From an uncultured Clostridia bacterium (GTDB lineage: Bacteria > Bacillota > Clostridia > Oscillospirales > Acutalibacteraceae), in contig CALBHS010000177.1 in the NCBI GenBank assembly GCA_937892905.1, positions 25,286-89,285 on the forward strand: a stretch of 64,000 nucleotides of DNA. The letters are read 5' to 3'. The position numbers were made by a program, and so were the translations under genes. The notes under the pieces were generated by a model. That model saw only the letters and a list, made by a program, of their open reading frames with translations. It did no database searches and was not told the origin of the DNA. Each line of letters starts with the position of its first letter. Position 1 is the stretch's first letter. Shown piece after piece: positions 28,061 through 39,307 of the stretch.

Positions 28061-28610
28061 AATCGCTCATCTCCCTGTAAAGTCTTGAAATAGGCAATCC
28101 CATAACATTAAAGAAATCGCCGTTGATTTTTTTGACAAGCACAGCGCCCTTGCCCTGAATTCCGTACGCGCCCGCCTTGTCCATCGGCTCGCCTGTTGCA
28201 ACATACCTTTTTATTTCCTCATCATTAAGAGGATAGAACTCAACGTCCGTTTCGTCATAGAAATTTTTTGATTTATCTCCGCAAACTATCGCAACTCCGG
28301 TGAAAACCTTATGTGTTCTGCCCGAAAGCATACGAAGCATTTCACAAGCCTCTTGCTCCGAATGCGGCTTGCCGAGAATTTTTCCGTCAAGCTCAACCAC
28401 AGTATCCGAGCCGACAACTGCCGCGTTATCATGTTCCTTTGCCACAGCCTGTGCCTTTTGCATCGCGAGCGACATAACGACCTCATACGGAGGAACATTT
28501 TTCGGAACTGTTTCAACTATATCGGCGCAGATAACATCGAATTTATACCCTGCCAGCTCCATAAGTTCCCTGCGTCTTGGCGAAGCGGAGGCGAGAATCA
28601 AACCAGTCAT
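28053..28610 (-). CDS. maf: Maf-like nucleoside triphosphate pyrophosphatase
   Basis: LILASASPRRRELM, GSDTVV and AYGIQG motifs. The ATG at 28610 overlaps the NUDIX stop (TGATG). Confidence 0.88.
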   Translation of the reverse strand: MTGLILASASPRRRELMELAGYKFDVICADIVETVPKNVPPYEVVMSLAMQKAQAVAKEHDNAAVVGSDTVVELDGKILGKPHSEQEACEMLRMLSGRTHKVFTGVAIVCGDKSKNFYDETDVEFYPLNDEEIKRYVATGEPMDKAGAYGIQGKGAVLVKKINGDFFNVMGLPISRLYREMSDFV

Positions 28611-29155
28611 CACCACAGCCCCTTATCTCTGAGCTGTTTAACCTTAAGAACTGCCGCCTGGCTTTTTCCGTCCTTTATCTCGTTGCTCATTACCATATCA
28701 ACCGCCGTTTCAAGCGGAATCTTTTCCACGTTAAGAAACTCATCCTCGTCAAGGTGCTGATGAGTATATGTCAGTCCCTTTGCGGCATAAAGGTGTATTA
28801 TTTCTCCGCAGTATCCGGGAGAGGGATAAAACTTTCCGAGATCATAATACTCCTCGGCAACGCAGCCGGCTTCCTCTTCGAGTTCGCGCTTGCCCGTTTC
28901 AAAGGGATCCTCTCCTTTTTCAAGCTTACCTGCCGGAAGTTCGGGAATGACCTCCATATACGGATATCTGAACTGACGAACAAACAAAAGCTCTCCGCTG
29001 TCGGTAAGTGCCGCTATACATACTCCGCCGGGATGCTCAACAACCTCACGCTGACAAGGTTTGCCGTTCGGAAGCTCCGCATCATCGTTGCGAACATTAA
29101 TTATTCTGCCGTGATATATATAATTTTTCTTAACTGTTTTTTCTTCAAGCTTCAT
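28610..29155 (-). CDS. NUDIX hydrolase (ADP-ribose pyrophosphatase-like)
   Basis: Nudix box GKLEKGEDPFETGKRELEEEAG. Start set at Met19 (GGAG SD). Confidence 0.85.
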   Translation of the reverse strand: MKLEEKTVKKNYIYHGRIINVRNDDAELPNGKPCQREVVEHPGGVCIAALTDSGELLFVRQFRYPYMEVIPELPAGKLEKGEDPFETGKRELEEEAGCVAEEYYDLGKFYPSPGYCGEIIHLYAAKGLTYTHQHLDEDEFLNVEKIPLETAVDMVMSNEIKDGKSQAAVLKVKQLRDKGLW

Positions 29156-29227
29156 AATTTCTCCAAAAGAAAAGGGCAACCGAGGAAACGAAATCTCGCC
29201 CAAGGTCACCCCCGTTTTTAAATATTA

Positions 29228-29650
29228 TTATTCTTCGTCGCTGTCTTCGTCTTCATCTTCATCGTCAAAATCAAATTCAAGTGTTTCTCCGCAAGCGGGA
29301 CACTCAATTGATTCTTCATCGAGAACGCTCTCGTCAAGGCAGATTGTTTCTCCGCAAGCGGGACACTCAACCTCAAAATAATCGCCGTCCTCGTGGCAGC
29401 AGCAATCATCATCGCAGCAGTCGTCATCGTCATAGATGCACTCTTCAACGTCGCCGAGATCCTCGTCGATTTCGTCAACAACCTCTGTAAGAGCTGCAAC
29501 CTCGTCCTCAAGGTCTGCGATCGTAAGAGCCATCTCATCAATAGCGTCAACCATTGCCTTGATGATCTTTACTTCATCTGTATCTTTCTCAAAGTGAGCC
29601 ATCTCAACAAGACCCTTGAGATATGCTGCTTTTTCGGTAACTGTCATCAT
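29228..29650 (-). CDS. Highly acidic zinc-ribbon protein with a duplicated ECPACGET motif and a DDDDCCDDDCCCH cluster
   Basis: 140 aa. Start at the MMTVTEK ATG (GAAAGGA SD). Two CPxCG knuckles are present. Confidence 0.6.
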   Translation of the reverse strand: MMTVTEKAAYLKGLVEMAHFEKDTDEVKIIKAMVDAIDEMALTIADLEDEVAALTEVVDEIDEDLGDVEECIYDDDDCCDDDCCCHEDGDYFEVECPACGETICLDESVLDEESIECPACGETLEFDFDDEDEDEDSDEE

Positions 29651-29686
29651 TGTGAACCATCCTTTCAATTAAGGTAAATGAATAAC

Positions 29687-30244
29687 TTACGCTCTGCCGA
29701 GATACTCGCCTGTACGGGTATCGATCTGAACCTTCTCGCCCTCGTTGATAAAGAGCGGAACCTTAATCTCTGCGCCTGTTTCAAGCGTTGCCGGCTTTGT
29801 AGCGTTTGTAGCTGTGTTGCCTGCGAAGCCCGGATCGGTCTTTGCAATCTCAAGCTCAACAAATGTCGGCGGCTCAACGCCGAAAACCTTGCCCTTATAG
29901 GAGAGGATCTTGCAAACCATACCGTCCTTTACAAACTTAAAGTTATCGGAAAGATCGGAAGAGTTGATCGGAATAAGCTCATATGACTCCGGATCCATGA
30001 AATAATAAAGATCGCCGTCGCTGTATGAGAATTCCATATCCTTTCTCTCGATAAATGCTGTCGGGAATTTAGCTGTCGGGTTGTAGCTCTTTTCAACTAC
30101 GGAACCCGTAAGAACGTTCTTTGTCTTTGTTCTGACAAAAGCTGCGCCCTTACCCGGCTTAACATGCTGGAATTCAACAACCTGAAGTACGTTGCCGTCC
30201 TCTTCAAATGTCATGCCGTTTCTGAAATCACCTGCTGAAATCAT
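29687..30244 (-). CDS. efp: Elongation factor P
   Basis: 185 aa: [14 protein letters not shown]...[18 protein letters not shown]... Confidence 0.97.
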   Translation of the reverse strand: MISAGDFRNGMTFEEDGNVLQVVEFQHVKPGKGAAFVRTKTKNVLTGSVVEKSYNPTAKFPTAFIERKDMEFSYSDGDLYYFMDPESYELIPINSSDLSDNFKFVKDGMVCKILSYKGKVFGVEPPTFVELEIAKTDPGFAGNTATNATKPATLETGAEIKVPLFINEGEKVQIDTRTGEYLGRA

Positions 30245-30383
30245 GTGTTATTCCTCCGATTTGTTTTCTAAATTATGAATAGGTTGATTGTTGCCTATTC
30301 GTGTTTTTCTATATTATTTTATACTATTATCATTCGTTTTTCAAGTCTTTTCCGCTAAAAAGCATTGCTGCACCCTTATTTTT

Positions 30384-31433
30384 TTATAAAATAATAAGTT
30401 CTTTCGGCGCTTTTGTAAGATTTTCGCATCCGTTTTCCGTTATCAGCGCCATATCCTCGATCCTGACTCCGAAATTCTCCGGAATATAAATTCCGGGTTC
30501 GACTGTCACAATATTGCCGGGACGAAGCGTTGCGACCGACTTCGGCGAAAGATTCGGCTTCTCGTGTATTTCAATTCCGACTCCGTGACCTGTGGAATGA
30601 CGGAAAAAATCACCGTAACCTGCCTCGGTAATTACATCCCTTGCCGCCTTATCACCGTCCGAACATTTCAATCCGCTTTTTAAAATTTCAAGCGTTGCAA
30701 GCTGAGCCTCAAGCACAGTGTTATAAACTCTCCTTTGCTCATCGTTGATACTGCCGACCGCAACTGTCCTTGTCATGTCGGAATGATAACCGTTGACAAC
30801 CGCGCCGTAATCCATCGTTACAAAGTCGCCTTTTTCAACCTTTTTTTCTGTCGGAACGCCGTGCGGCTTTGAAGTATTCGCTCCGCTGATTGCTATTGTT
30901 TCAAAAGAGAGAGACTCTGCACCGTGACCGAGCATAAAGTAATCAAGCTCCAATGATATTTCTTTTTCTGTCACACCGGGCTTGATAAAACCGAGAATGT
31001 GTTCAAGTGCATCCTCGGCAATGCGCTGAGCTTTGCAGATGTTTTTTACTTCCTCATCGGATTTTACCGCACGGAACGAATCGATTATTCTATCTGTCCC
31101 CACAGTTGTCAGCTTTATTCCGTGAAGAGCTTTTCTCAGATTTTTCAGCTGAGAAACCGTCAGTCTGTCCGCTTCGACCGCAAGAGTTTTGCAATCGAAT
31201 CTTGCTGCATATTCAATTAGTTTTGCTTTCTGTTCTTCAACGTCACAGCATTTTATTTTATCCCTTGCCGCTTCAATATAACGGCTGTCGGTCAGGAAAA
31301 GTGATCCGTTTTTTGTTGCAAAAAGGAATCCGTCCGAAGCATCAAAGCCCGTAAAATACCTTCTGTTTTCCTGCGAAACTATAAGCGCTCCGTCAACATT
31401 TTTCGGCAAACATTTTATAAAATCGTTGATCAT
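30384..31433 (-). CDS. pepP: Xaa-Pro aminopeptidase (M24B)
   Basis: Creatinase-like N domain plus M24 metal ligands (DYGA, HGVGIEIHE, EPG). Start set at Met10 (AGGGGTGA SD). Confidence 0.88.
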   Translation of the reverse strand: MINDFIKCLPKNVDGALIVSQENRRYFTGFDASDGFLFATKNGSLFLTDSRYIEAARDKIKCCDVEEQKAKLIEYAARFDCKTLAVEADRLTVSQLKNLRKALHGIKLTTVGTDRIIDSFRAVKSDEEVKNICKAQRIAEDALEHILGFIKPGVTEKEISLELDYFMLGHGAESLSFETIAISGANTSKPHGVPTEKKVEKGDFVTMDYGAVVNGYHSDMTRTVAVGSINDEQRRVYNTVLEAQLATLEILKSGLKCSDGDKAARDVITEAGYGDFFRHSTGHGVGIEIHEKPNLSPKSVATLRPGNIVTVEPGIYIPENFGVRIEDMALITENGCENLTKAPKELIIL

Positions 31434-31443
31434 TTTTTCACCC

Positions 31444-32544
31444 CTATATAAGATCGGCAATTATTGAATTAGAAATCAAAAATCCATTTTCCGTCAAAGC
31501 CATTGATTCCTTATCACATTTCATTAGACCGTTTTTGATATATTTTTCGGTCTTGTTTATTATTTCCTGCGGAAAATCCTTTTTGAATCTTTCTTCATAA
31601 TTTTTAAAAATTATTCCATTGCTCAAGCGCAGACGAAGCATAATATATTCTTCCTCATCTCCGCCGTTTCCGTCGGGAATCGGTTCGCCTCCGTTTTTGA
31701 AATATTCAACATCTCTCGGATAATAAAATCTTTTTTCGTCAATAAAAGAGTGCGCCGACGGTCCGAGTCCGAGATATTCTTCGCAGTTCCAATATTTAAG
31801 ATTGTGCCTGCCCTCATAGCCGTTTCGCGAAAAGTTGGAGATCTCGTAATGTTCAAATCCGTTTTCTCGGAGCTTTTCGCTCATAAACAGATACATATCC
31901 GTAACCTCGTCTTCATCAGGCAAGCAAAGCGTTTTCCTCTTAATATAATATGGAGTTCCTTCTTCAATTTTCAGCATATATGCGCTGATATGATCCGCTC
32001 CCGAATTGATGCAAAAATCAAGGGTTTCTTCTAGGCTTTTTATCGTTTGATCCTGAACGCCGAGCATAACGTCAAGCGAAATATTATTTATTCCTGCCGT
32101 GCGGCTTTGTTCAATTCTTTTTTCGATAAGCTCTCTGTCCGAAAATCTGCCGAGCTTTTTTCTTTCGTTTTCAATCACGGACTGGACGCCGAGAGAAATT
32201 CTGTTTACACCTGCACCCGCCACCGTTTCAAAAAAATCCTCCTCGACCGCCGATGGATTGCATTCAACTGTTATTTCCCCGTCAACGCCGAAAAGATTTT
32301 TCGCGCGCCGTGTCAGCATCGCAATATTTTCACCGCCGAGAACCGACGGAGTTCCGCCGCCGAAATAAAGCGTATCGGCTTTTCTGCACAGCTTGTCCGC
32401 CCAATTCTCCATACTTTCTATGAGCGAAACGGTATACATATCGCGATCGGATTCATCGCCGCGCACGGAATAAAAATCACAGTAGGGACATTTTGTTTTA
32501 CAGAATGGTATGTGAAGATATAGTCCAATATTTTTCATTTGCAC
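31444..32544 (-). CDS. hemW: Radical SAM heme chaperone HemW (HemN-like)
   Basis: YLHIPFCKTKCPYCDF radical-SAM cluster motif; 366 aa. Confidence 0.88.
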   Translation of the reverse strand: MQMKNIGLYLHIPFCKTKCPYCDFYSVRGDESDRDMYTVSLIESMENWADKLCRKADTLYFGGGTPSVLGGENIAMLTRRAKNLFGVDGEITVECNPSAVEEDFFETVAGAGVNRISLGVQSVIENERKKLGRFSDRELIEKRIEQSRTAGINNISLDVMLGVQDQTIKSLEETLDFCINSGADHISAYMLKIEEGTPYYIKRKTLCLPDEDEVTDMYLFMSEKLRENGFEHYEISNFSRNGYEGRHNLKYWNCEEYLGLGPSAHSFIDEKRFYYPRDVEYFKNGGEPIPDGNGGDEEEYIMLRLRLSNGIIFKNYEERFKKDFPQEIINKTEKYIKNGLMKCDKESMALTENGFLISNSIIADLI

Positions 32545-32634
32545 TCTCCAATTATTTTTCTGTAATTATTTTAGCGAAATTTTCATTGTTTTTCAAGGTG
32601 TAGATTTAAAATCTCAAATAAAAGCTTCAGGAAA

Positions 32635-32667
32635 TAGAAAAAACGGCAGGCACTTTCGTGTCTGCCG
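32635..32667 (-). terminator. Intrinsic terminator at the end of the ribosomal super-operon
   Basis: 10-bp stem (CGGCAGACAC/GTGCCTGCCG on the minus strand, one G-U pair) with a GAAA loop and a following U-run. Confidence 0.6.
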
Positions 32668-32692
32668 CTGATTTATACGGATTTATACCTGA

Positions 32693-33049
32693 TTATTTCG
32701 ACTCGGTGTCAACCAACTCGATGATGCACATCTCAGCAGCATCACCGCGGCGGGCGCCTGTCTTGATAATGCGGCAATAACCGCCGTTTACGTCCTTATA
32801 TTTCGGAGCAATTTCATCAAAAAGCTTCTTAACAACGTCCTCTTTTGTAACGTATGCTAAAACCTGTCTTCTTGAGTGAAGTGTGTTGTCCTTAGCAATG
32901 GTGATCATCTTCTCAGCCATTGCACGAACCTCTTTTGCTCTCGTAACGGTGGTTTCTATTCTGCCGTTTTCTAAAAGGTATGTTACCATGCCTCTGAGCA
33001 TTGACTTGCGATGGTCACTTGCTCTTCCAAGCTTTCTGGATCCTGGCAT
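32693..33049 (-). CDS. rplQ: 50S ribosomal protein L17
   Basis: The translation matches L17. It is the last gene of the alpha operon. Confidence 0.97.
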   Translation of the reverse strand: MPGSRKLGRASDHRKSMLRGMVTYLLENGRIETTVTRAKEVRAMAEKMITIAKDNTLHSRRQVLAYVTKEDVVKKLFDEIAPKYKDVNGGYCRIIKTGARRGDAAEMCIIELVDTESK

Positions 33050-33105
33050 TAAAAGTCACTCCTTTACCGTTAGTGTGTTGTTTGTTTTAGTTACAGCTCT
33101 GACGA

Positions 33106-34056
33106 TCAGTCGTCATCCCTGCGAAGATCGTATCCGAGGGAAGCAAGCTTTGCAACAACCTCATCAAGCGACTTCCTGCCAAGGTTACGAACCTTCATCA
33201 TATCGTCTTCGGACTTACCGATCAAGTCCTCAACTGTATTGATTCCTGCTCTCTTCAAGCAGTTAAAAGAGCGCACAGACAGGTCAAGTTCCTCAATGGT
33301 CATCTCTAAGACTTTTTCCTTGCCATTCTTACTCTTCTCAACCATTATCTCAGTTTCAAAAGCCTCATCAGAGAGATCTCCGAAAAGACTGAGATGCTCG
33401 TTGAGGATCTTGGCGCCCAGAGAAACGGCTTCCTTAGCGGAAATTGTACCGTTTGTCCACACTTCAAGTGTCAGCTTATCATAGTCGGTTATCTGGCCGA
33501 CACGTGTGTTCTCGACTGTGTAATTTACCTTTAATACCGGTGAATAGATCGAGTCGATTGCAATTACGCCGATCGGCGGCTGAAGATACTGCTTATTTTT
33601 CTCGGCAGAATCATAGCCACGACCATTGCTGCAGGTCAACTCCATTACCACATGAGCGTCGCTGTCAAGAGATGCGATATGAAGATCCGGATTAAGGATT
33701 TCAACATCGGAATCTGTCTTGAAGGAGCCTGCGGTGATTTCACCTTCACCTTTAACATCAACGTACATGGTCTTGGGACCATCGCCGTGAATTTTAAGGA
33801 TTACGCTCTTCAAGTTAAGAACGATTTCCGTAACGTCTTCCTTGACGCCGGGGATCGTTGAGAACTCGTGAAGAATTCCGTCAATCTTAACGGAAGTTAT
33901 TGCGTAGCCCGGCAATGAAGAAAGAAGAACACGTCTGAGGCTGTTGCCCAGAGTTGTGCCGTAACCTCTCTCCAAAGGTTCTACTACAAATTTACCGTAA
34001 GTACCGTCAGGTAAAACATCGGCTGTTTCGATTCTTGGTTTTTCTATGCCAATCAT
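33106..34056 (-). CDS. rpoA: DNA-directed RNA polymerase subunit alpha
   Basis: 316 aa with the conserved N-terminal and C-terminal domain sequences of RpoA. Confidence 0.97.
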   Translation of the reverse strand: MIGIEKPRIETADVLPDGTYGKFVVEPLERGYGTTLGNSLRRVLLSSLPGYAITSVKIDGILHEFSTIPGVKEDVTEIVLNLKSVILKIHGDGPKTMYVDVKGEGEITAGSFKTDSDVEILNPDLHIASLDSDAHVVMELTCSNGRGYDSAEKNKQYLQPPIGVIAIDSIYSPVLKVNYTVENTRVGQITDYDKLTLEVWTNGTISAKEAVSLGAKILNEHLSLFGDLSDEAFETEIMVEKSKNGKEKVLEMTIEELDLSVRSFNCLKRAGINTVEDLIGKSEDDMMKVRNLGRKSLDEVVAKLASLGYDLRRDDD

Positions 34057-34092
34057 TCAAAACCCTCCTTGTTGTATTAAGTATACGGTTAA

Positions 34093-34695
34093 TTATTTTG
34101 AATAAAGCTCGACAATGAGATGCTCCTCAACGGGGTAGTCTATATCGTCGCGTGACGGCATAGCAATAACCTTACCGGTAAACGGATCATCTGTCTTTTC
34201 AAGCCACTTCGGGAGAAGAACAACAGGAGCCTTCTCACCTGTAAGCTCTGTGAATACAGAACTTGATCTGCTGTTCTCACATACTGCGATAACCTCGCCC
34301 GGCTTAACCATGTATGACGGAATGTCAACACGCTTGCCGTTGATTGTAAAGTGGCCGTGAGAAACAAGCTGACGAGCCTGACGACGAGTTGCTGCAAATC
34401 CAAGACGGAAAACAACATTGTCAAGACGGCGTTCGCAAAGAACAAGGAGATTTTCACCTGCTTTGCCCTGCATCTTCGTAGCCTTTTCATAATATGAATA
34501 GAACTGCTTCTCAAGCATACCATATATGAACTTAACCTTCTGCTTCTCGTTGAGCTGAAGGGCATACTCGGACTTCTTTCTTCTCATCTGACCCTTAGGA
34601 TTACGTCTTGTTTCCTTGTTCTTGTAACCCATAACAGCCGGAGAAATGCCGAGAGCCTTGCAACGCTTAGCAATAGGCTGCATATTTCTTGCCAT
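34093..34695 (-). CDS. rpsD: 30S ribosomal protein S4
   Basis: The translation matches S4 and includes the S4 RNA-binding domain (RRLDNVVFRLGFA). Confidence 0.97.
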   Translation of the reverse strand: MARNMQPIAKRCKALGISPAVMGYKNKETRRNPKGQMRRKKSEYALQLNEKQKVKFIYGMLEKQFYSYYEKATKMQGKAGENLLVLCERRLDNVVFRLGFAATRRQARQLVSHGHFTINGKRVDIPSYMVKPGEVIAVCENSRSSSVFTELTGEKAPVVLLPKWLEKTDDPFTGKVIAMPSRDDIDYPVEEHLIVELYSK

Positions 34696-34718
34696 ATCAA
34701 TATCCTCCTTCTTCTGAA

Positions 34719-35126
34719 TTATACACGTCTTCTCTTCGGCGGACGGCAGCCGTTGTGCGGGATAGGAGTAACGTCCTTGATAAGGCTTACTTCCAAGCCT
34801 GCTGTCTGCAACGCTCTGATTGCAGCCTCACGTCCTGCTCCCGGACCCTTAACGTAAACCTCAACTGTCTTCATACCATGCTCGATAGCGATCTTAGCGG
34901 CAGTTTCGGCAGCGGTCTGAGCTGCGAACGGAGTTGACTTCTTTGAACCTCTGAAGCCCATCTCACCAGCGCTTGCCCATGATACTGCGTTGCCCTGTGT
35001 GTCACTGATGGTAACGATAGTATTGTTGAAGGTGGATTGGATATGAGCTGCGCCGCGTTCAATGTTCTTACGTTCACGGCGTCTGCGAGTGGCAGTGCCC
35101 TTCTTAGCGGAACCCTTAGGTGCCAT
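34719..35126 (-). CDS. rpsK: 30S ribosomal protein S11
   Basis: The translation matches S11. Confidence 0.97.
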   Translation of the reverse strand: MAPKGSAKKGTATRRRRERKNIERGAAHIQSTFNNTIVTISDTQGNAVSWASAGEMGFRGSKKSTPFAAQTAAETAAKIAIEHGMKTVEVYVKGPGAGREAAIRALQTAGLEVSLIKDVTPIPHNGCRPPKRRRV

Positions 35127-35140
35127 ATTATCCCTCCTAA

Positions 35141-35509
35141 TTACTTCTTCTTGTTAGCAATAGTCTTCTTCGGACCCTTGCGTGTACGTGCGTTTGTCTT
35201 TGAGCGCTGTCCTCTTACGGGCAGACCCTTTCTGTGGCGTACGCCACGATAACAACCGATTTCAATAAGTCTTTTAATATCAAAAGCGGTTTCTCTGCGA
35301 AGATCACCCTCAACCTTAACGTTGTGGTCAATATACTCACGCAGTTTTGCTACATCGTCTTCCGACAGATCCTTGACTCTGATGTCAGGATTTACGCCTG
35401 TAGCTGCGATAATGTCGCCGGCAGTTTTACGACCGATACCGTAGATATAAGTAAGAGCGATTTCAATTCTCTTCTCTCTCGGCAAGTCAACACCTGATAT
35501 ACGCGCCAT
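35141..35509 (-). CDS. rpsM: 30S ribosomal protein S13
   Basis: [14 protein letters not shown]... matches S13. Confidence 0.97.
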   Translation of the reverse strand: MARISGVDLPREKRIEIALTYIYGIGRKTAGDIIAATGVNPDIRVKDLSEDDVAKLREYIDHNVKVEGDLRRETAFDIKRLIEIGCYRGVRHRKGLPVRGQRSKTNARTRKGPKKTIANKKK

Positions 35510-35545
35510 TTCTCAGTTGCACCTCCATAAATGGTTTGCGTCGGA

Positions 35546-35659
35546 TTAGCCCTGACGCTGTTTGTGCTTGGGATTTTCACAGATGACCATGATTTTTCCC
35601 TTGCGCTTAATAATCTTGCACTTCTCGCAAATTTTCTTTACAGAAGGTCTGACTTTCAT
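35546..35659 (-). CDS. rpmJ: 50S ribosomal protein L36
   Basis: Hand-found 37-aa [40 protein letters not shown] between infA and rpsM. Confidence 0.95.
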   Translation of the reverse strand: MKVRPSVKKICEKCKIIKRKGKIMVICENPKHKQRQG

Positions 35660-35691
35660 TTGAATGCCCTCCTTGAAAAATTAGCCTTAGC

Positions 35692-35910
35692 TTATTTTGA
35701 TCGCCATGTTATTCTTCCTTTGGTGAGGTCATATGGCGAAACTTCGACCGTCACCTTATCTCCGGGAAGGATACGAATGTAATTCATTCTGAGCTTACCG
35801 GAAATATGTGCTAAAATCTTGTGTCCGTTTTCGAGCTCTACCTGAAATATTGCGTTCGGCAATGCCTCAACAACAACACCTTCAAGCTCAAGCATATCCT
35901 GTTTTGACAT
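35692..35910 (-). CDS. infA: Translation initiation factor IF-1
   Basis: 72 aa: [30 protein letters not shown]... The track ORF 35692..36003 has a spurious 5-prime extension. Confidence 0.96.
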   Translation of the reverse strand: MSKQDMLELEGVVVEALPNAIFQVELENGHKILAHISGKLRMNYIRILPGDKVTVEVSPYDLTKGRITWRSK

Positions 35911-35923
35911 ATACTGCACCTCC

Positions 35924-36673
35924 TTAAAGCAGAGTGAGTATCTTCGGACCGCTCGGTGTGATTGCCACCGTGTGTTCGAAGTGCGCCGACAGCTTGCCGT
36001 CACGGGTTTTTACTGTCCATCCGTCCGGCAACGTTTTGACGTCTGCCTTGCCGAGATTGATCATCGGTTCAATCGCGATCGTCATGCCCGGCAACAGGCG
36101 AACTCCCCTTCCGGGGGTTCCGTAATTCGGTACACTGGGGTCCTCATGGAGCTTGTGACCGACTCCGTGTCCGACAAACTCGCGGACTACGGAATAGCCT
36201 CTCGACTCGCAATGATGCTGTACCGCATAGCCTATATCGCCGATTCTGCCGCCTGCGACAGCCTTTTCGATGCCTAAGAACAGGCTCTCCTTGGTTGTGT
36301 CGCACAGCCGCTTCGCCTCGGAGCTTATCGCTCCTGCAGCGAAAGTAGCAGCATTGTCGCCGTTAAAGCCTTCGAGAACCGCACCTAAGTCTATGCTTAC
36401 GATGTCGCCCTCTTCGATAACACGCTTCTTGCTGGGTATTCCATGAATAACCTCATCGTTTATGGAAATGCATGCGGTGGCAGGGTAGCCGTTATAATTA
36501 AGGAAGTTCGGCTTAGCACCGCACTTAATGATATAATCATAGGCTATCTTGTCTATCTCAGCCGTGGTAACACCCGGCTCGACAGCTTCTCCTGCCAACT
36601 TTAATGCTCCTGCCGAAATGATGCAAGCTTCTCTCATGAGAGCAAGCTCTCTGTTCGTTTTGAGCACTATCAT
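35924..36673 (-). CDS. map: Type I methionine aminopeptidase
   Basis: 249 aa with conserved M24A metal ligands. Confidence 0.95.
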   Translation of the reverse strand: MIVLKTNRELALMREACIISAGALKLAGEAVEPGVTTAEIDKIAYDYIIKCGAKPNFLNYNGYPATACISINDEVIHGIPSKKRVIEEGDIVSIDLGAVLEGFNGDNAATFAAGAISSEAKRLCDTTKESLFLGIEKAVAGGRIGDIGYAVQHHCESRGYSVVREFVGHGVGHKLHEDPSVPNYGTPGRGVRLLPGMTIAIEPMINLGKADVKTLPDGWTVKTRDGKLSAHFEHTVAITPSGPKILTLL

Positions 36674-36675
36674 GC

Positions 36676-37308
36676 TTAATCCTCCAATGCCTTGAGTGTG
36701 AGTGCCGATGTATCGGCAACCTCCTCCTGGCCTTCAACTATTCTGAGAATTCCCTTCTTAGAATAGAAATCTTTAAGCGGCTCTGTCTGCTCGTGATAAA
36801 CAGCGAGTCTGTCAAGAACCGTTTCGGGAGCGTCGTCCTTACGCTGAATAAGTTCACCGTCGCAGGAATCGCATTTGCCCTCTGCCTTCGGAGCCTTGTA
36901 CTCCAAATGGTATGAAGAACCGCAATCCTTGCATACACGTCTGCCCGACATTCTTGCAGCGATCTTCTCATCGGGAACCTCAATATCAATGACCTTGTCG
37001 ATGACAACGCCCATTGCATCGAGTGCTTCCGCCTGAGGAATCGTGCGCGGGAAACCGTCAAGGATAAAACCGTTTACACAGTCATCCTTTGCGAGTCTTT
37101 CCTTGATGATGCCGATAACGACATCATCGGGAACGAGCTTACCCTCGTCCATGAAAGACTTTGCCTTAAGTCCCATTTCCGTACCCTGCGCGAGGGCTTC
37201 ACGGATTATATTGCCCGTTGAAATTGCAGGAATATTGAGAGCCTTGCAGATAACCTCTGCCTGTGTTCCCTTGCCTGCACCGGGGGCACCAAGAAGAATT
37301 AATTTCAT
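36676..37308 (-). CDS. adk: Adenylate kinase (four-Cys zinc lid)
   Basis: [11 protein letters not shown]-loop and a CxxC...CxxC lid. Confidence 0.97.
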   Translation of the reverse strand: MKLILLGAPGAGKGTQAEVICKALNIPAISTGNIIREALAQGTEMGLKAKSFMDEGKLVPDDVVIGIIKERLAKDDCVNGFILDGFPRTIPQAEALDAMGVVIDKVIDIEVPDEKIAARMSGRRVCKDCGSSYHLEYKAPKAEGKCDSCDGELIQRKDDAPETVLDRLAVYHEQTEPLKDFYSKKGILRIVEGQEEVADTSALTLKALED

Positions 37309-37325
37309 AATTAACTCCTTTTTAA

Positions 37326-38651
37326 TTAGTCAAGGAATCCCTTATAATGACGCATCATCATCTGAGACTCAAGCTGCTTAACTGTTTCGATCGCAACACC
37401 AACAAGGATGATGATCGAAGTACCGCCGAGCGATACATTCATTGCAACTCCGCAAGCCTTTGTGATAAGCTGGAACAGAATCGGGAAGAGTGCAACAACC
37501 GAGAGGAGAAGAGCGCCGAGAAGAGTAATTCTTGACAGGATCTTCTGAATATAATCGGATGTCGGCTTGCCGGGACGAATACCCGGAATAGCACCGCTGT
37601 TCTTACGGATATTGTTAGCCATCTCAATCGGGTTGTACTGAATTGAAGCATAGAAATATGCGAAGAAGATTATAAGAAGGAAATACAGGATCGCATAAAC
37701 CCAGCTCTCGCTTGAGAAAAACTTGAAGAAATGGTCATACCAGCCTTCGCCCGCCTTTGCACCAACGAAGAGGTTGATTGTCGGGGGAAGAGAGAGGATT
37801 GAAGAAGCAAAGATGATCGGCATAACACCGGACATATTAACCTTGATTGGAATATGTGTACTCTGTCCGCCGTACATCTTACGGCCTACAACTCTCTTTG
37901 CGTACTGGACAGGAATTCTTCTTTCGGCGTTATCCATCCAAACGATGTAAGCGATCATGAGAATCATACATATCGCAACTACAACAGAAAGGACTGCATA
38001 TACGCCGCCGTATGAGAAATAACCGCCGTTTCCATCGAAAAGCGAAGCGATGATTGACGGAATTCTTGCAACGATACCGGCGAAAAGAATAATTGAGATT
38101 CCGTTGCCGATTCCCTTGTCATTGATCTGCTCACCGAGCCACATGATGAGTGCGCATCCTGCGGAGAAGCAGAGGATAATAACAAGTGCCTGGAAGATAT
38201 CGGCAAATACGCCGACGTCTTTCATAAGAAGATAATTATTTCCACGAAGGTAGAAATAGTAAGCTGTACTCTGAAGAAGAGCAAGACCGACCGTTACGTA
38301 ACGGGTGATCGTTGCGATCTTCTTGCGTCCCTCCTCGCCGTCTTTTGAAAGACGCTCAAGTGCGGGAATAGCAACTGTCAACAACTGAACTATAATGGAG
38401 CTGTTAATGTACGGTGTGATTGACATTGCGAAAATCGTACCGTAGTTAAAAGCATTACCTGTCATCATGTTCAGGTATTCCATGAATGTTCCGGACATCT
38501 GTGAGTCGGAGAAGATACCGTTGGCACCCGCTGCAACAAACGGAACCGGAATGGCTGCACCGATTCTGAAGATCAGAACAATGAGAGCCGTGAATAAAAT
38601 TTTCTTACGAAGATCTGCGATTTTCCATGCGTTGGCAAGCGTCCTCAACAT
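37326..38651 (-). CDS. secY: Preprotein translocase subunit SecY
   Basis: 441 aa, 10 TM helices, in the conserved position. Confidence 0.97.
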   Translation of the reverse strand: MLRTLANAWKIADLRKKILFTALIVLIFRIGAAIPVPFVAAGANGIFSDSQMSGTFMEYLNMMTGNAFNYGTIFAMSITPYINSSIIVQLLTVAIPALERLSKDGEEGRKKIATITRYVTVGLALLQSTAYYFYLRGNNYLLMKDVGVFADIFQALVIILCFSAGCALIMWLGEQINDKGIGNGISIILFAGIVARIPSIIASLFDGNGGYFSYGGVYAVLSVVVAICMILMIAYIVWMDNAERRIPVQYAKRVVGRKMYGGQSTHIPIKVNMSGVMPIIFASSILSLPPTINLFVGAKAGEGWYDHFFKFFSSESWVYAILYFLLIIFFAYFYASIQYNPIEMANNIRKNSGAIPGIRPGKPTSDYIQKILSRITLLGALLLSVVALFPILFQLITKACGVAMNVSLGGTSIIILVGVAIETVKQLESQMMMRHYKGFLD

Positions 38652-38652
38652 T

Positions 38653-39096
38653 TCAAATCACCTCTGCAATTCCGCCCGCAGCCTCGATCTTCTGCTTCGC
38701 AGACTCTGAGAATGCGTTAGCTTTAACTGTGAGCTTCTTCGTAAGCTCGCCGTTACCAAGGATCTTTACGCCGTCGAAGGAATTCTTAACAAGTCCTGCT
38801 GCTCTGAGAGCCTCAGTGTCAACAACTGCATCGTTGTCAAACTTCTTCTCAAGATCCTTAACATTAAGAGCTACGATCTCTTTGCGGAATATATTGTTGA
38901 AACCTCTCTTGGGAAGACGTCTCTGTAAAGGCATCTGGCCGCCTTCAAAGCCCGGACGCATACCGCGGCCTGCTCTGGCTTTCTGACCCTTATGACCTTT
39001 ACCTGCAGTTTTACCCTGACCGGAACCTGCACCTCTACCGATACGCTTACGCTCCTTTGTTGAGCCGGGCGCCGGTGAAAGTTCGTGCAACTTCAT
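38653..39096 (-). CDS. rplO: 50S ribosomal protein L15
   Basis: [12 protein letters not shown]... Start set at ATG 39096 (AAGGAGGTG SD). Confidence 0.96.
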   Translation of the reverse strand: MKLHELSPAPGSTKERKRIGRGAGSGQGKTAGKGHKGQKARAGRGMRPGFEGGQMPLQRRLPKRGFNNIFRKEIVALNVKDLEKKFDNDAVVDTEALRAAGLVKNSFDGVKILGNGELTKKLTVKANAFSESAKQKIEAAGGIAEVI

Positions 39097-39113
39097 AATT
39101 CGCACCTCCTTGC

Positions 39114-39293
39114 TTATGCTTCGGTTACATCGATAAGATGCTGAATTTTCTTTACCTTACCGAGTGTCTGCGGATTGTTCGGCTGAACCGAAACATCTCC
39201 GATCTTATGAAGACCAAGTGCATGAGCGGTGGCAATCTGGTCCTTTTTGCTGCCGATCAAGCTCTTAACGAGCTTTACCTGTACATCTGCCAT
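39114..39293 (-). CDS. rpmD: 50S ribosomal protein L30
   Basis: Hand-found 59-aa [62 protein letters not shown] between rpsE and rplO. Confidence 0.93.
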   Translation of the reverse strand: MADVQVKLVKSLIGSKKDQIATAHALGLHKIGDVSVQPNNPQTLGKVKKIQHLIDVTEA

Positions 39294-39307
39294 TTGTACC
39301 GCCCTCC

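Noticed and set aside
28577-29221. A 214-aa plus-strand ORF antisense to the NUDIX hydrolase gene. Similar long antisense ORFs are 12002..12598 (-) opposite the UDG gene, 32047..32523 (+) opposite hemW and 55463..56050 (+) opposite cpsB.
   Set aside because: The opposite-strand genes have clear family motifs. The antisense ORFs lack an SD and show no recognisable domains.
29282-29370. Two perfect 26-bp direct repeats with a 63-bp period, which could look like a mini CRISPR or tandem repeat.
   Set aside because: There are only two copies. They are in-frame inside a CDS and encode the duplicated ECPACGET zinc knuckle. There is no repeat-spacer array and there are no cas genes.
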